Assembly (NCBI GenBank): GCA_945897785.1
Contig: CAMDGD010000006.1
Coordinates: 428-64,427 of the forward strand
Reading direction: 5' to 3'
DNA length: 64,000 nt
Origin: Paludibacter jiangxiensis
GTDB lineage: Bacteria; Bacteroidota; Bacteroidia; Bacteroidales; Paludibacteraceae
This document shows, piece after piece, positions 47,286 to 56,947 of this stretch. The notes below the pieces were generated by a model, which was not told where the DNA came from, did not search any database, and was given only the letters and a program-made list of their open reading frames with translations. A program made the translations under genes and the position numbers. The first letter of the stretch is position 1; every line of letters starts with the position of its first letter.

Positions 47286-50200
47286 TTATCTTCTTAACTC
47301 TATATAACCACTATACTTCTTATTGACAATATTGCCCTCTTGTTTAAACGAAACTGAATACACATAGAAATAGGTACCAACAGGCAACTCTTTTCCAACA
47401 GAAATTGACATACCTTTATTAGCCATTCCCTCCCAATCATTTAAATATTTTTCTCCATCAGACTCGTACACTAGGCTTCCCCAACGATTGAATATTTTAA
47501 GTACTGAAGATAGTTGATCTTCATAACCAAGAATCTCCAATTTATCATTCTTTCCATCGCCATTTGGAGTGAATGCATTAGGGATAAGAATATTTCTATC
47601 ATCATCCAATTCTTTATTTCCTACTAAAATGTAAACAACCGCTGTATCAATTCTGTTCGGTCGATCGAGGTTTTTTATTTCATACAAAACAGAATCCTTG
47701 CCAAAAAATCCTTTCGCTTTTTCGTATGTAAGATAATCTTTATTAACCGAATCAAAGATTACCAGTCCTTTTGTATTTACAAAATCACCATTCGCATTAA
47801 CCCACGAAGTAATTAAGGTATAGGCCATATTTACATCTACCAAGTCACTAATCACATCGTTTCCCCCATTTAAAGGATTTGACACAAACAAGCTATTACT
47901 CATTTGGTCATTGTTTAAATATAAGGTATCTGCAATTGCTTCGAAAGGAAAACACACAAGCGAAGAATCATCTTTTGTAATGGTTGATACCGCATTTGGT
48001 GATGAAGAACATCTGCCGGTAAGGTAAGACGCAACTAGAGTATAAACCCCATCTGTAAATGATTTACTAAAGGTAAACGGATTACCAACTTCAGCTAATG
48101 AAGGCAAATAATTATCTACACGAGTATTGCTTTGATTGTATAATTCGTAAACAATTTGTGGCTCAGATCCACTGACAGTAAAAGAGGCACCCGGATTGCC
48201 ATAACATGTACTAACAGTTGATGGAGATAAAGCGAACGATGTCGGTTTAGTTTTTACTTGTAAATTCACCACCTTACTAGAAGTTTGTCCACAATCTCTA
48301 TACCCAGGAAAATAACCAAACACTCTATAATCATCATTAGCACCAGCTAAGCCATCAACCTTCCAAACAACTAAATCAGTTGCACTATCTATTTCGCGAG
48401 CTTGCAACACATTATTTTTCATTAAATCATAAATAACTCCTGTTTGAACATTTGCAACTCGAACATAGCTTGAATCTCCTTCACAAATCAATATATCATC
48501 AATTGTAATATTGATAGGTGTTGTAGGAACGGGTGCTTTCTGAATAGTAATGAAAGAAGTAAGTAGTGTACTACATACACTTCCCCCCCAAGTAGCTGAA
48601 ACAGCATAAACTCCTTCAGGTAAAGTAGCAATAATTTGAGGTGTTGCTTTATCTGTTGTTGCGAGATAAGTTGCCACCACATTTTTTGTTACTGTATCAG
48701 TAACCACATAAGTAATACCAGATTCTGTTCCACTAAGTATGATATCTCCTCCTAGAGATGTTCCACAATAAGTAGAATCATTTTTACTAACCGTATATAC
48801 TTTAGGATTCGGTTTCTGAACAACAGAGACCGTATCATTCATATTGGAAGTACATCCACTAGGATTAACCGCATAAACACTGAAATCTCGTTCATCTGTA
48901 ACTGCAGGGAAATTGAATGTTCCTCCGGAAGAAACAATTGAATCAACTAAGGTAAATCCAGGGCCATTGTCATATTGCAAGTAATATTTATAGCCAAGTT
49001 CCGAGGCATCTAGTCCAAGAACTGCTCCTGATAAAACATCACAATAAACACCTGATCCAACCACATTATATACAACAGGATTTGGATTAAATATAACCGT
49101 TACAGGATTAAGCATTGACATATCACAAGGAGGAATACCCGTTGTATCTGTTCCGGTAACATAATACAAGCCTCCTGTTGTAATTTTTGTAGGGAAGTTT
49201 TTCGCACTTCCATTTCCATACATTGTTTGCACCACTCCTACACCATTCAAATACAGATCATATCTAATATCTGAAGATTCTGTATCTTTTAATCCAATAG
49301 TGACACTATCTCCAACACATACTGAACTAGGAGTCATAACAACTTCCATTTTTGTAGCCACTCCAATGATAGCAATATGTATATCTCCAAAGTTGGTGAA
49401 CTCTACCGAGCAGACTCCATTTTTCGAAGCAACAATATAATAATCCCCATTACTATCAACAATTCCAGGGAAAGAAATATCAGAGCCATTGCCTATTAAT
49501 GAATATCCTGAAACAGGAAGACTTGTTCCTCTATTATAAATAGTATACAATACACCAAGCTCTGAATTCTCAACTGTAATTACTGTACCATTAGAACAAC
49601 CAGAACCACTTACCCATGAATAATTTTTAACCAATGGATAAGTTACTTCTGATACATTTATAGAATCGGCTAACCAAATAGGACAAGATACAGGAGCTAC
49701 AGTTCTTACTGCAGTAAACTTATAAGTACCCACCTGATTAACTAAGAATAATAATTGCCCACCATTACCCAAACTACTCACACCTGTAGTTAAACCATCT
49801 CTATATAAGGTATACGTAACACCTGCTTCTGAATTATCAACGTAGATAGATGCTGATCCTGAAGCACAAAATAAAGTATCTCCTGAAACAGTTGTATTAT
49901 TAGGTAAAGCAATTTCTGTTACCGTTGCATTATTTGTAGTTGTCGTAACACAACTTAAGTTTGATTGTTGAACAGAATAAGTACCCACATTAGTATATAA
50001 ACCTGGGAAATCAAGCACTGCACCTGCTAATGTTCCAACAACAGGAAATCCAATTGGTGAGCCATTTAATAATAATTGATAGCTAACACCTACTTGTTGA
50101 TTACTCAGAGAAATAGATACTCCGCTTCCACCTTCACAAAATTTTCCATTATTTGAAGCACTTACAACATAAGCAATTGGTTTAAGGTCTTTTATAACAA

Positions 50201-53200
50201 CAACAGAGCCTGCCATTGATTCATAACAACCATCATATACTACTGCTGTATAAGTACCTTCTGTTGTATATGTGCCAAAACTTATAGAAGCACCTGTACC
50301 AATAACTGTAGTAATCGAATCCACAACATTTCTATATAAAATATAGCTTTCACCAAGTGTTGAACCATTCAACAAAATCTCTACTCCGGCATCTCCTTCA
50401 CAATACCTTCCATTAAATGGATTAGACGTTAAGTTATATATGATTTGTGTACTTGCATAATTGATAGTATACGAACCATTCATATCTAAAACACAGTCTC
50501 CTGCATCAGTTTCTGCTTTGACAGTATATATTCCATTTGGAATAATAAATCCAAAACTAATTTCTGCTCCTGTTCCGGCAACAATATTACCGGTTGGAGA
50601 CCCATTTTTATACAGTTCATAAGTTACTCCTAATTCTGAGTCACTCAATTTAATTTCATAACCTGTACCTCCATTACAATCAGTTACTGTACCTGTTGGA
50701 ATTACATTATACACAAGCGGTAGAGGAGATTCTGTAATATCTACTCTATTAGACATTTCCATTCTATCTCCAGGAAATGCGGGATAATATGCTTCTACTT
50801 TATACTCCTGGGAGCCTATTAGAGAATTTTTCACATTGGTCCAACTTACCACACTACCAGCAACAACCCCGGCGCCTAAGTTTTGAGTATCAGCAATTCG
50901 TATTAATTCATAAGTCACACCACTTTGTGGATTATTAACAAACACAGTAGCTCCCGTTGCAGCACCCTCACAGTATGCTGATGGACTAACTAAGACTGGT
51001 TTTACAACAACCGTTTCTAAAACAGACAAAACTAAGTAAGAAGAAGCTACACATCCGTTAGCATTTTTCACATTTACTTGAACGGTATCTCCATCGGTCA
51101 ATGTTATTGAACTATATGTTGCTGTAGTACTATACGGCTGTACTTCTGTACTATTTATTAAAAACTGATAATCACCTATACCTGAAGCTGTAAAGTCTAC
51201 ATTTGTTCCCTCAATAATTGATGTTCCCGGATTGGCAACTAGTCCGGCAGTAGGATAAGCTACAACCGTCATATCAATTGCTGGTGCAGAACTATTATAA
51301 CAGCCTTGCGGAGATTCTACCGTTACATATACTTGATCGCCATCATTTAATGCTGTAGTAGCATAATAAGGATTTGCTCCATTGTTAATAGGAGAAGCAT
51401 TTATGTAATAAGTATAATTCACCATTCCACTGGTAGAAACAAAATCTACCTGATCACCATCACAAATAGTATTTCCACCGGCAGAGGTAATATTTAAGGT
51501 TACTACCGGAAGAGGGTTTACTGTCATTGTAATTGTATCGGTATCCTGACAACCATTGGCATCTGTTATAGTTACATATACTTTATCATTATCAGCTATA
51601 GCGGAAGATGAATAAGTATTTATTGCTCCACTTTGTACAGGTGAACCTGATACATAAAAATCATAATTAGTAGCACCTTGTCCTCCGCTAACTGTTGCCG
51701 TAAATATTGTAGCATCGCCATCACAAATTGTAGCGCCATTATTAGAAGATAGGGAAGCATCAACATGCTTAACAAATACATTATATATAGTTGGAGTAAG
51801 CGCATTACATCCATTTAGACCTGTATAACTAACACTTACCGTTTGCTCTCCTTTTGTATCCCATGTAACTTGAATAGCATTTGTTCCCGCCCCACTTGTA
51901 ATAGTTCCTCCGGCAGACACTGTCCATGTGTAAGCACTCATACCCGCATCAGTTGAATAAGCAACACCGGTGCTTCCTTTGCAAACAGAATCGGTACCGG
52001 TGATAACGGGTACAGGGGCTGTTATAACACTCACAACACTATCTGTTGAAGCTAAGGCTGAACAACCATTGGCATCTTCATAATTTACAGAAACGGTTTG
52101 TACCCCATCAGCGTTAAATGTAAGCTCGATAGCATCAGTTCCGGCTCCACTAGTAATGGTTCCTCCGGTAACAGACCAAGCATAGTTACTCATACCAGCC
52201 TCTGTTGAATAAACATTTCCTGTACTCCCTTGACAAACAACACTTGATCCTGTAATACTTGGTGAAGGTAAGGCAATAACTGTAAAATTCTCTACCGTTG
52301 GCACTAAAGGGGCACAACCAGTAGGCGTTTGATAAGTAACATCAACAGTTTGTGCACCAGTATTTCCCCAAAGCACAGTAATTTCATTTGTACCTGCTCC
52401 TGAAGTAATTAATCCATCTGGCGATACATTCCACAAATAATTCATCATAAATGGCTCGGTCGTGTAAGTAGTAATAGATCCTATACATGCGCCATTTGAT
52501 TCTGTAATAGTAGGAACAGGCATAGTAACGACAGAAACGTTGTGTACAACTGGAGATGCAGCAGTACAATTGTTTCCATTGGAATAATTTACACTTACAG
52601 TTTGTGGTCCTAATGTACTCCACGTAACTTCTATTTGATTAGTACCGACTCCACTTGTAATAGTTCCGCCGGCAGAAACATTCCAAGTATAGTTACTCAT
52701 TCCGGCTTCTGTGGTATAAGTAATACCGGCATCTCCCAGGCATACCACAGGAGCTCCGATAACACTTGGCGATGGTAAAGGATTTACCGTTACACCATAT
52801 AGTTTAGGGGTTTGTGCCGGACAACCAAATGCATTTAAATAATTTACTGTAATTATTTTAGCACCACTACCGGACCAAGCAACCGTTATTTGATTCGTAC
52901 CTGCACCTGATGTGATCACTCCACCGGCCGAAACTCCCCAAGTATAAATACTCATCCCTGCTTCTGTTGTATATGTTACATCTGTTCCATCACCACATAC
53001 TGTATTATTTCCAATAATTGTTGGAACAGCAGAAGGGTTAACAGTTACATTTTTAACTGTTGGCATTGCAGCTGGACAACCACCCACACTTGTATACGAT
53101 ACAGAAACTGTTCGAGCACCGTCTAAAGTCCAATTTACTGTGATTGCATTTGTGCCGACTCCTGAAGTAATCGTTCCACCAGCAGATACATTCCATACAT

Positions 53201-56003
53201 ACCCACTCATTCCTACCTCGGTAGTGTAAACAGCATTTCCTTTACATGTTGAAATAGGTCCTGTGATAGTAGGTACCGGTTTAGGTAAAACCTCTACTTT
53301 AAATACAGCAGGACTAACGGCTGTACAACCAAAAACATTTTCATAATTAACAGACACAGTTTGCGAACCCGAAGTATTCCAAGTAACTGTTATTTGACGT
53401 GTACCAAGACCTCCAGTGATAGTACCACCAGGAGAAACAATCCAATTATAATTTGAGAAAAAAGCTTGGGTAGTATATGTAACATTTGTAGATCCGACAC
53501 ATACTGTATCTGTTCCATTTATCGTTGGTGAAGGAGATAGAGAAACAGTCACATTAAACTGTGTTGCAGTAGATGCAGTACAACCGGAAACATTTGTATA
53601 ATTCACTCTAACATATTTAGCTCCGACAGTATTCCATGTAACTGTAATTTGATTAGTTCCAAAGCCTGAAGTTATTGTTCCTCCTGATATTGTCCAGTTA
53701 TAAGCCGACATACCGGCTTCTGTAGTATAAGTAATTCCGGAAGCTCCAACACATACTGTAGCTGTACCAATAATAGTAGGTTTTGGTATAGGATTTACAG
53801 TTACATTCTTAACCGTAGGTGTTGGAGCAAAACAACCAAAAGTATTTTCATAATTTACTGAAACAGTTTTAGCACCAGAAGTATACCATTTTACAGTAAT
53901 TTGATTAGTTCCTAAACCTGATTGCACAACACCACCTGCTGAAACGATCCAATCATAATTCAAATATCCCGGATCTGTTGTATATGTTTTAATTGATGTT
54001 GTATCTAAACAAAAACTTGAAGGTCCGATAATTGATGGAATATTAATTGGTTTAGCAAACACATTATACACAAAAGGTGTTGCTGAAGAACAACCTGTTG
54101 TTTCTTCATAATTAATACTTATCCAATTATCTCCTGCTATATTCCATGTAACCTCTACTTGGTTGGTTCCTGCTCCACTCGTTATCGTTCCTCCTGAGAT
54201 TTGCCAATCATAATTCGTTTTGCCTGATTGAGAAGTATACACAACACCAGACACACCTGTACATAGTGTATCTGTACCAATAATTGTAGGTGATGGTAAA
54301 GGGAAAACTTCAATATTATAAGCTGTTGGAACAACCGGAGAACAACCAAATATATTCACATAACTAACAGTAACTGTTTTACCCCCCAAGGCTGACCAGG
54401 TCACATCAATTTGATCTGTACCCTGTCCACTATTAATTACTCCACCTGCTGAAACAGCCCAAACATAACTACTCATACCTGGTTCGGTCATGTAAATAAG
54501 ATTGGTATCAAGACCCAAACAAACTAAATCCTCTCCTAATACTGATGGTAAAGGTCTAGGGTTTACGGCAACAGGTAAAACAGTTGGTGTTAATGCTCGA
54601 CAACCGGCTGCATTGGTAAAATTTACAGTCACTGTTTGACTTCCAGCCGTATTCCATGTAACCTCTATTTGATTCGAACCTGCACCGGAAGTAATAGTTC
54701 CTCCGGAAGGAATGGTCCAACTATAAGAAGACATACCTGCTTGTGTTTGGTAAGTAACTCCCGTTGTTCCTTCACAAAGAGAGGCAATTCCCAGTATGAT
54801 AGGAATTGGCCTATCATTTACCGTAACAGGTAAAACAGTTGGTGTAACAGGAGTACATCCAAATTGATCTACATAAGTAACTGTAACATTCTGAGCACCT
54901 AACACAGACCAATCAACATTAATCGAATTTGTTCCCGCACCACTTGTAATTGTTCCCCCACCGGAGACTGTCCACACATATCCATTCATTCCAGCATCCG
55001 TTGTGTAATTTACAGTAGAATTGACACAAACACTTACCGATCCGTTTAATACAGGTATCGGTTTTGGTTGAATAGTAACACTATACACAGTAGGTGTAGC
55101 AGGTGCACAAAGATTGGTATCATCATAGCTAACTGAAACACTTTGAGAACCTACTACAGGCGACCAATTAACAGTAATTTCGTTTGTTCCTGCTCCAGCA
55201 GCTATAGTACCCCCACCCTGAATGGTCCACACATAATTTGTCATTCCGGCTGCAGTAGTATATGTTTTACCAAGCACATCGTCAATACATACATTAGTTG
55301 AACCTGTAATAACAGGAACATTTGGAGGATAAAAATCTATTTTAGCAGAACCAGACATGGTGGCACTACAAGCTGTATTACTAATATTCCTTGCAATAAC
55401 TGTATAAGTTCCTGCTGTCGACTGAGAAAACGAAAGACTTGCACCTGTACCCGCTAAAGAATCTACAGGAGTGGCATCACGCAATAAAACATATCGTATA
55501 TTTGTATCAGAACCGTCTAAAGTAAGATTAGCAGATTCCCCCAGACAAAGTGTTGTGTCATTTCCAAAATTATGATCGGTAGGAATACTATAAATATAAG
55601 TATAATCATATGTAGACTCTAAAGGGCCTAATTTATCATATTGAGTATAACTAATTAGAATCTTAAAAGAATCATTATATATCGCTGGTACTGCAGCAGG
55701 ATTAAAATGTAAAACAGAAGATTTACCCGTACCTGTAACTGAATACCATGCAGGTTGATCTGGATTATATACTTGATTAACACTAACTTTCCAAACCATT
55801 ATTTCACATGAGTCATTATAAGTATCTGGCACGATATCAACAACAGCTGCATTTTCACAAAATGTAGAATCTAAACTGGCAATACCATCAGGATATCTTG
55901 CTCCTCTAAGTTGAGGAGTATCACTAGGAAAGCTTTGACTAAAAACAGCAGTCAATGACATGATTAAAGCCAAAATTAAGAGGAAGATCGCATTTTTTTT
56001 CAT
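47286..56003 (-). CDS. giant (2905 aa) T9SS-secreted cell-surface repeat protein with a type B (gliding-motility-associated) C-terminal sorting domain
   Basis: Signal peptide MKKNAIFLLILALIMSLTAVFSQ, three families of Ig-like tandem repeats (listed as separate features), and a C-terminal NILIPNAFTPNGDGKNDKLEI…KIFNRWGSLVYE…WEG…LPVGTYFYVYSV…YSGYIELRR that matches the type B CTD consensus. Confidence 0.9.
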   Translation of the reverse strand: MKKNAIFLLILALIMSLTAVFSQSFPSDTPQLRGARYPDGIASLDSTFCENAAVVDIVPDTYNDSCEIMVWKVSVNQVYNPDQPAWYSVTGTGKSSVLHFNPAAVPAIYNDSFKILISYTQYDKLGPLESTYDYTYIYSIPTDHNFGNDTTLCLGESANLTLDGSDTNIRYVLLRDATPVDSLAGTGASLSFSQSTAGTYTVIARNISNTACSATMSGSAKIDFYPPNVPVITGSTNVCIDDVLGKTYTTAAGMTNYVWTIQGGGTIAAGAGTNEITVNWSPVVGSQSVSVSYDDTNLCAPATPTVYSVTIQPKPIPVLNGSVSVCVNSTVNYTTDAGMNGYVWTVSGGGTITSGAGTNSINVDWSVLGAQNVTVTYVDQFGCTPVTPTVLPVTVNDRPIPIILGIASLCEGTTGVTYQTQAGMSSYSWTIPSGGTITSGAGSNQIEVTWNTAGSQTVTVNFTNAAGCRALTPTVLPVAVNPRPLPSVLGEDLVCLGLDTNLIYMTEPGMSSYVWAVSAGGVINSGQGTDQIDVTWSALGGKTVTVSYVNIFGCSPVVPTAYNIEVFPLPSPTIIGTDTLCTGVSGVVYTSQSGKTNYDWQISGGTITSGAGTNQVEVTWNIAGDNWISINYEETTGCSSATPFVYNVFAKPINIPSIIGPSSFCLDTTSIKTYTTDPGYLNYDWIVSAGGVVQSGLGTNQITVKWYTSGAKTVSVNYENTFGCFAPTPTVKNVTVNPIPKPTIIGTATVCVGASGITYTTEAGMSAYNWTISGGTITSGFGTNQITVTWNTVGAKYVRVNYTNVSGCTASTATQFNVTVSLSPSPTINGTDTVCVGSTNVTYTTQAFFSNYNWIVSPGGTITGGLGTRQITVTWNTSGSQTVSVNYENVFGCTAVSPAVFKVEVLPKPVPTITGPISTCKGNAVYTTEVGMSGYVWNVSAGGTITSGVGTNAITVNWTLDGARTVSVSYTSVGGCPAAMPTVKNVTVNPSAVPTIIGNNTVCGDGTDVTYTTEAGMSIYTWGVSAGGVITSGAGTNQITVAWSGSGAKIITVNYLNAFGCPAQTPKLYGVTVNPLPSPSVIGAPVVCLGDAGITYTTEAGMSNYTWNVSAGGTITSGVGTNQIEVTWSTLGPQTVSVNYSNGNNCTAASPVVHNVSVVTMPVPTITESNGACIGSITTYTTEPFMMNYLWNVSPDGLITSGAGTNEITVLWGNTGAQTVDVTYQTPTGCAPLVPTVENFTVIALPSPSITGSSVVCQGSTGNVYSTEAGMSNYAWSVTGGTITSGAGTDAIELTFNADGVQTVSVNYEDANGCSALASTDSVVSVITAPVPVITGTDSVCKGSTGVAYSTDAGMSAYTWTVSAGGTITSGAGTNAIQVTWDTKGEQTVSVSYTGLNGCNALTPTIYNVFVKHVDASLSSNNGATICDGDATIFTATVSGGQGATNYDFYVSGSPVQSGAINTYSSSAIADNDKVYVTITDANGCQDTDTITMTVNPLPVVTLNITSAGGNTICDGDQVDFVSTSGMVNYTYYINASPINNGANPYYATTALNDGDQVYVTVESPQGCYNSSAPAIDMTVVAYPTAGLVANPGTSIIEGTNVDFTASGIGDYQFLINSTEVQPYSTTATYSSITLTDGDTVQVNVKNANGCVASSYLVLSVLETVVVKPVLVSPSAYCEGAATGATVFVNNPQSGVTYELIRIADTQNLGAGVVAGSVVSWTNVKNSLIGSQEYKVEAYYPAFPGDRMEMSNRVDITESPLPLVYNVIPTGTVTDCNGGTGYEIKLSDSELGVTYELYKNGSPTGNIVAGTGAEISFGFIIPNGIYTVKAETDAGDCVLDMNGSYTINYASTQIIYNLTSNPFNGRYCEGDAGVEILLNGSTLGESYILYRNVVDSITTVIGTGASISFGTYTTEGTYTAVVYDGCYESMAGSVVVIKDLKPIAYVVSASNNGKFCEGGSGVSISLSNQQVGVSYQLLLNGSPIGFPVVGTLAGAVLDFPGLYTNVGTYSVQQSNLSCVTTTTNNATVTEIALPNNTTVSGDTLFCASGSASIYVDNSEAGVTYTLYRDGLTTGVSSLGNGGQLLFLVNQVGTYKFTAVRTVAPVSCPIWLADSINVSEVTYPLVKNYSWVSGSGCSNGTVITVENSELGVLYTIYNRGTSLPVSGYSLIGNGSDISFPGIVDSNGDYYIVASKNGVCSVEFTNFGDIHIAIIGVATKMEVVMTPSSVCVGDSVTIGLKDTESSDIRYDLYLNGVGVVQTMYGNGSAKNFPTKITTGGLYYVTGTDTTGIPPCDMSMLNPVTVIFNPNPVVYNVVGSGVYCDVLSGAVLGLDASELGYKYYLQYDNGPGFTLVDSIVSSGGTFNFPAVTDERDFSVYAVNPSGCTSNMNDTVSVVQKPNPKVYTVSKNDSTYCGTSLGGDIILSGTESGITYVVTDTVTKNVVATYLATTDKATPQIIATLPEGVYAVSATWGGSVCSTLLTSFITIQKAPVPTTPINITIDDILICEGDSSYVRVANVQTGVIYDLMKNNVLQAREIDSATDLVVWKVDGLAGANDDYRVFGYFPGYRDCGQTSSKVVNLQVKTKPTSFALSPSTVSTCYGNPGASFTVSGSEPQIVYELYNQSNTRVDNYLPSLAEVGNPFTFSKSFTDGVYTLVASYLTGRCSSSPNAVSTITKDDSSLVCFPFEAIADTLYLNNDQMSNSLFVSNPLNGGNDVISDLVDVNMAYTLITSWVNANGDFVNTKGLVIFDSVNKDYLTYEKAKGFFGKDSVLYEIKNLDRPNRIDTAVVYILVGNKELDDDRNILIPNAFTPNGDGKNDKLEILGYEDQLSSVLKIFNRWGSLVYESDGEKYLNDWEGMANKGMSISVGKELPVGTYFYVYSVSFKQEGNIVNKKYSGYIELRR
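47289..47594 (-). other. type B T9SS C-terminal sorting domain (gliding-motility-associated CTD) of the giant adhesin
   Basis: Residues ~2804-2905: NILIPNAFTPNGDGKNDKLEILG…LKIFNRWGSLVYES…NDWEGMANKG…LPVGTYFYVYSV…KKYSGYIELRR. Confidence 0.85.
47970..51017 (-). repeat. giant adhesin, repeat family 3: 11 tandem modules of 89-97 aa (aa 1663-2678); one more copy at aa ~145-225 (nt 55329..55571)
   Basis: Consensus …YC.G..G..I.L..SE.GV.Y.LY.NG…….G.G..I.F……G.Y.V.A……C…M.G……. The copies are more divergent than family 1. Confidence 0.7.
51018..51767 (-). repeat. giant adhesin, repeat family 2: 3 tandem modules of 81-85 aa (aa 1413-1662)
   Basis: Consensus …G.TIC.GD.V.F.A…..Y.F.…….G…Y….L.DGD.V.V.V….GC……..V. 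Confidence 0.7.
51768..55328 (-). repeat. giant adhesin, repeat family 1: 14 tandem Ig-like modules of 83-87 aa (aa 226-1412)
   Basis: Hand-aligned consensus: P.P.P.I.G...VC.G..G..YTT.AGMS.Y.W.VS.GGTITSG.GTN.I.V.W...G...V.V.Y....GC.A..PT...V.V. Each module has two invariant Cys. My residue count of all modules sums exactly to the 2905-aa protein length. Confidence 0.85.
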
Positions 56004-56277
56004 ACGAATAAAATGAATTAAAGCAGTATGAAACCTACACAGAGAAGCTTCTATTCAAAAAAGAATAGCCCTTTACTCGACCATGAGGTTACCTACAACA
56101 TATTTTAAATCGATAAGAAAAATCACACCGCATGCATATTAACACATTATCAATCAGCCTATTAAAAAACAACACCGACAAATAAAGACACATACGAGGC
56201 CAACATATTTTTCACATCTGTTAACTATGTTAAATAGCCCTATTATTTACTATTAAATGCCTATTAACAGACAAATA

Positions 56278-56285
56278 CAAAGTTA
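56278..56285 (-). promoter_or_regulatory. -7 box TAacTTTG, candidate promoter of the giant adhesin gene (long leader)
   Basis: The plus strand reads caaagtta. It is the only exact TAnnTTTG match I found in 56004..56420, and it implies a ~270-nt 5' UTR. Confidence 0.3.
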
Positions 56286-56420
56286 AAAAAGATTATGAAC
56301 TTTTCAACATTTTTTATAAAATTAACAATCAAACTTGTAAAATTAGTGAAACATGCATGTTGAAAAGTTAAATTAACACTATTTAAACACTCAAAAAGAG
56401 GATTGGTTCACAGCATAAAA

Positions 56421-56453
56421 CAAAAAAAGAGGAAAGACAATTGTCTTTCCTCT
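56421..56453 (-). terminator. terminator after secG
   Basis: The near-perfect palindrome agaggaaagacaa/ttgtctttcctct is followed on the minus strand by T7. Confidence 0.8.
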
Positions 56454-56477
56454 TTAGTATAATATAAAAAGCCTGCT

Positions 56478-56834
56478 TTATTTCGCAGGCGCTTCTGAAG
56501 CAGGATTTGCTGCACCAAAAGGCAAGGCTGTTTTTGGCACTTCATTTGATTTTTCGGCAGCTTCTTTTGCTTTTTCAATTAAACCCGATTTATTTTCATC
56601 GGCAGATTCGTCGTTCATTTTCATTCCCGCAGTAATAATACTTACAAAAGCAATAAAACCGACTAAACTCCAAGTAGCTTTATTTAAAAATTTATTGGTG
56701 TTTTGAACCCCCATAATTTGATTAGAGCCGCTAAACCCTTGCGCTAAACCACCTCCCTTAGGATTCTGTGCCAATACTATGATTACCAAAAGGATAGCTG
56801 CAATAACAATAAGAACCATTAAAAAACTCAACAT
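56478..56834 (-). CDS. secG: preprotein translocase subunit SecG
   Basis: 118 aa with an N-terminal TM followed by LAQNPKGGGL and a second TM helix, a typical SecG. Confidence 0.85.
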   Translation of the reverse strand: MLSFLMVLIVIAAILLVIIVLAQNPKGGGLAQGFSGSNQIMGVQNTNKFLNKATWSLVGFIAFVSIITAGMKMNDESADENKSGLIEKAKEAAEKSNEVPKTALPFGAANPASEAPAK

Positions 56835-56872
56835 AATATTATTTTTTAGTTTATTTTATAACATTTAGCTTG

Positions 56873-56880
56873 CAAAGGTA
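56873..56880 (-). promoter_or_regulatory. -7 box TAccTTTG for secG
   Basis: The plus strand reads caaaggta, 39 nt upstream of the ATG at 56834. Confidence 0.45.
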
Positions 56881-56947
56881 AATACTTTTTTCCTGATAAT
56901 TCAATATCATAAGGAATAAATGATGAAAAAAAGCTTTTATATATTTC

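Noticed and set aside
48488-54833. Short ORFs inside the giant adhesin gene: out-of-frame on its own strand (48488..48682, 51620..51814, 52384..52623) and antisense (54636..54833)
   Set aside because: They are embedded in a continuous 8.7-kb reading frame with clear repeat structure and are frame-shadow artefacts.
47970-55328. Regular tandem repetition that might be mistaken for a CRISPR-like or satellite array
   Set aside because: The period is ~250-290 nt, the copies are diverged at the DNA level, and everything lies in one open reading frame. These are protein domain repeats. No short direct repeats with unique spacers occur anywhere in the window.
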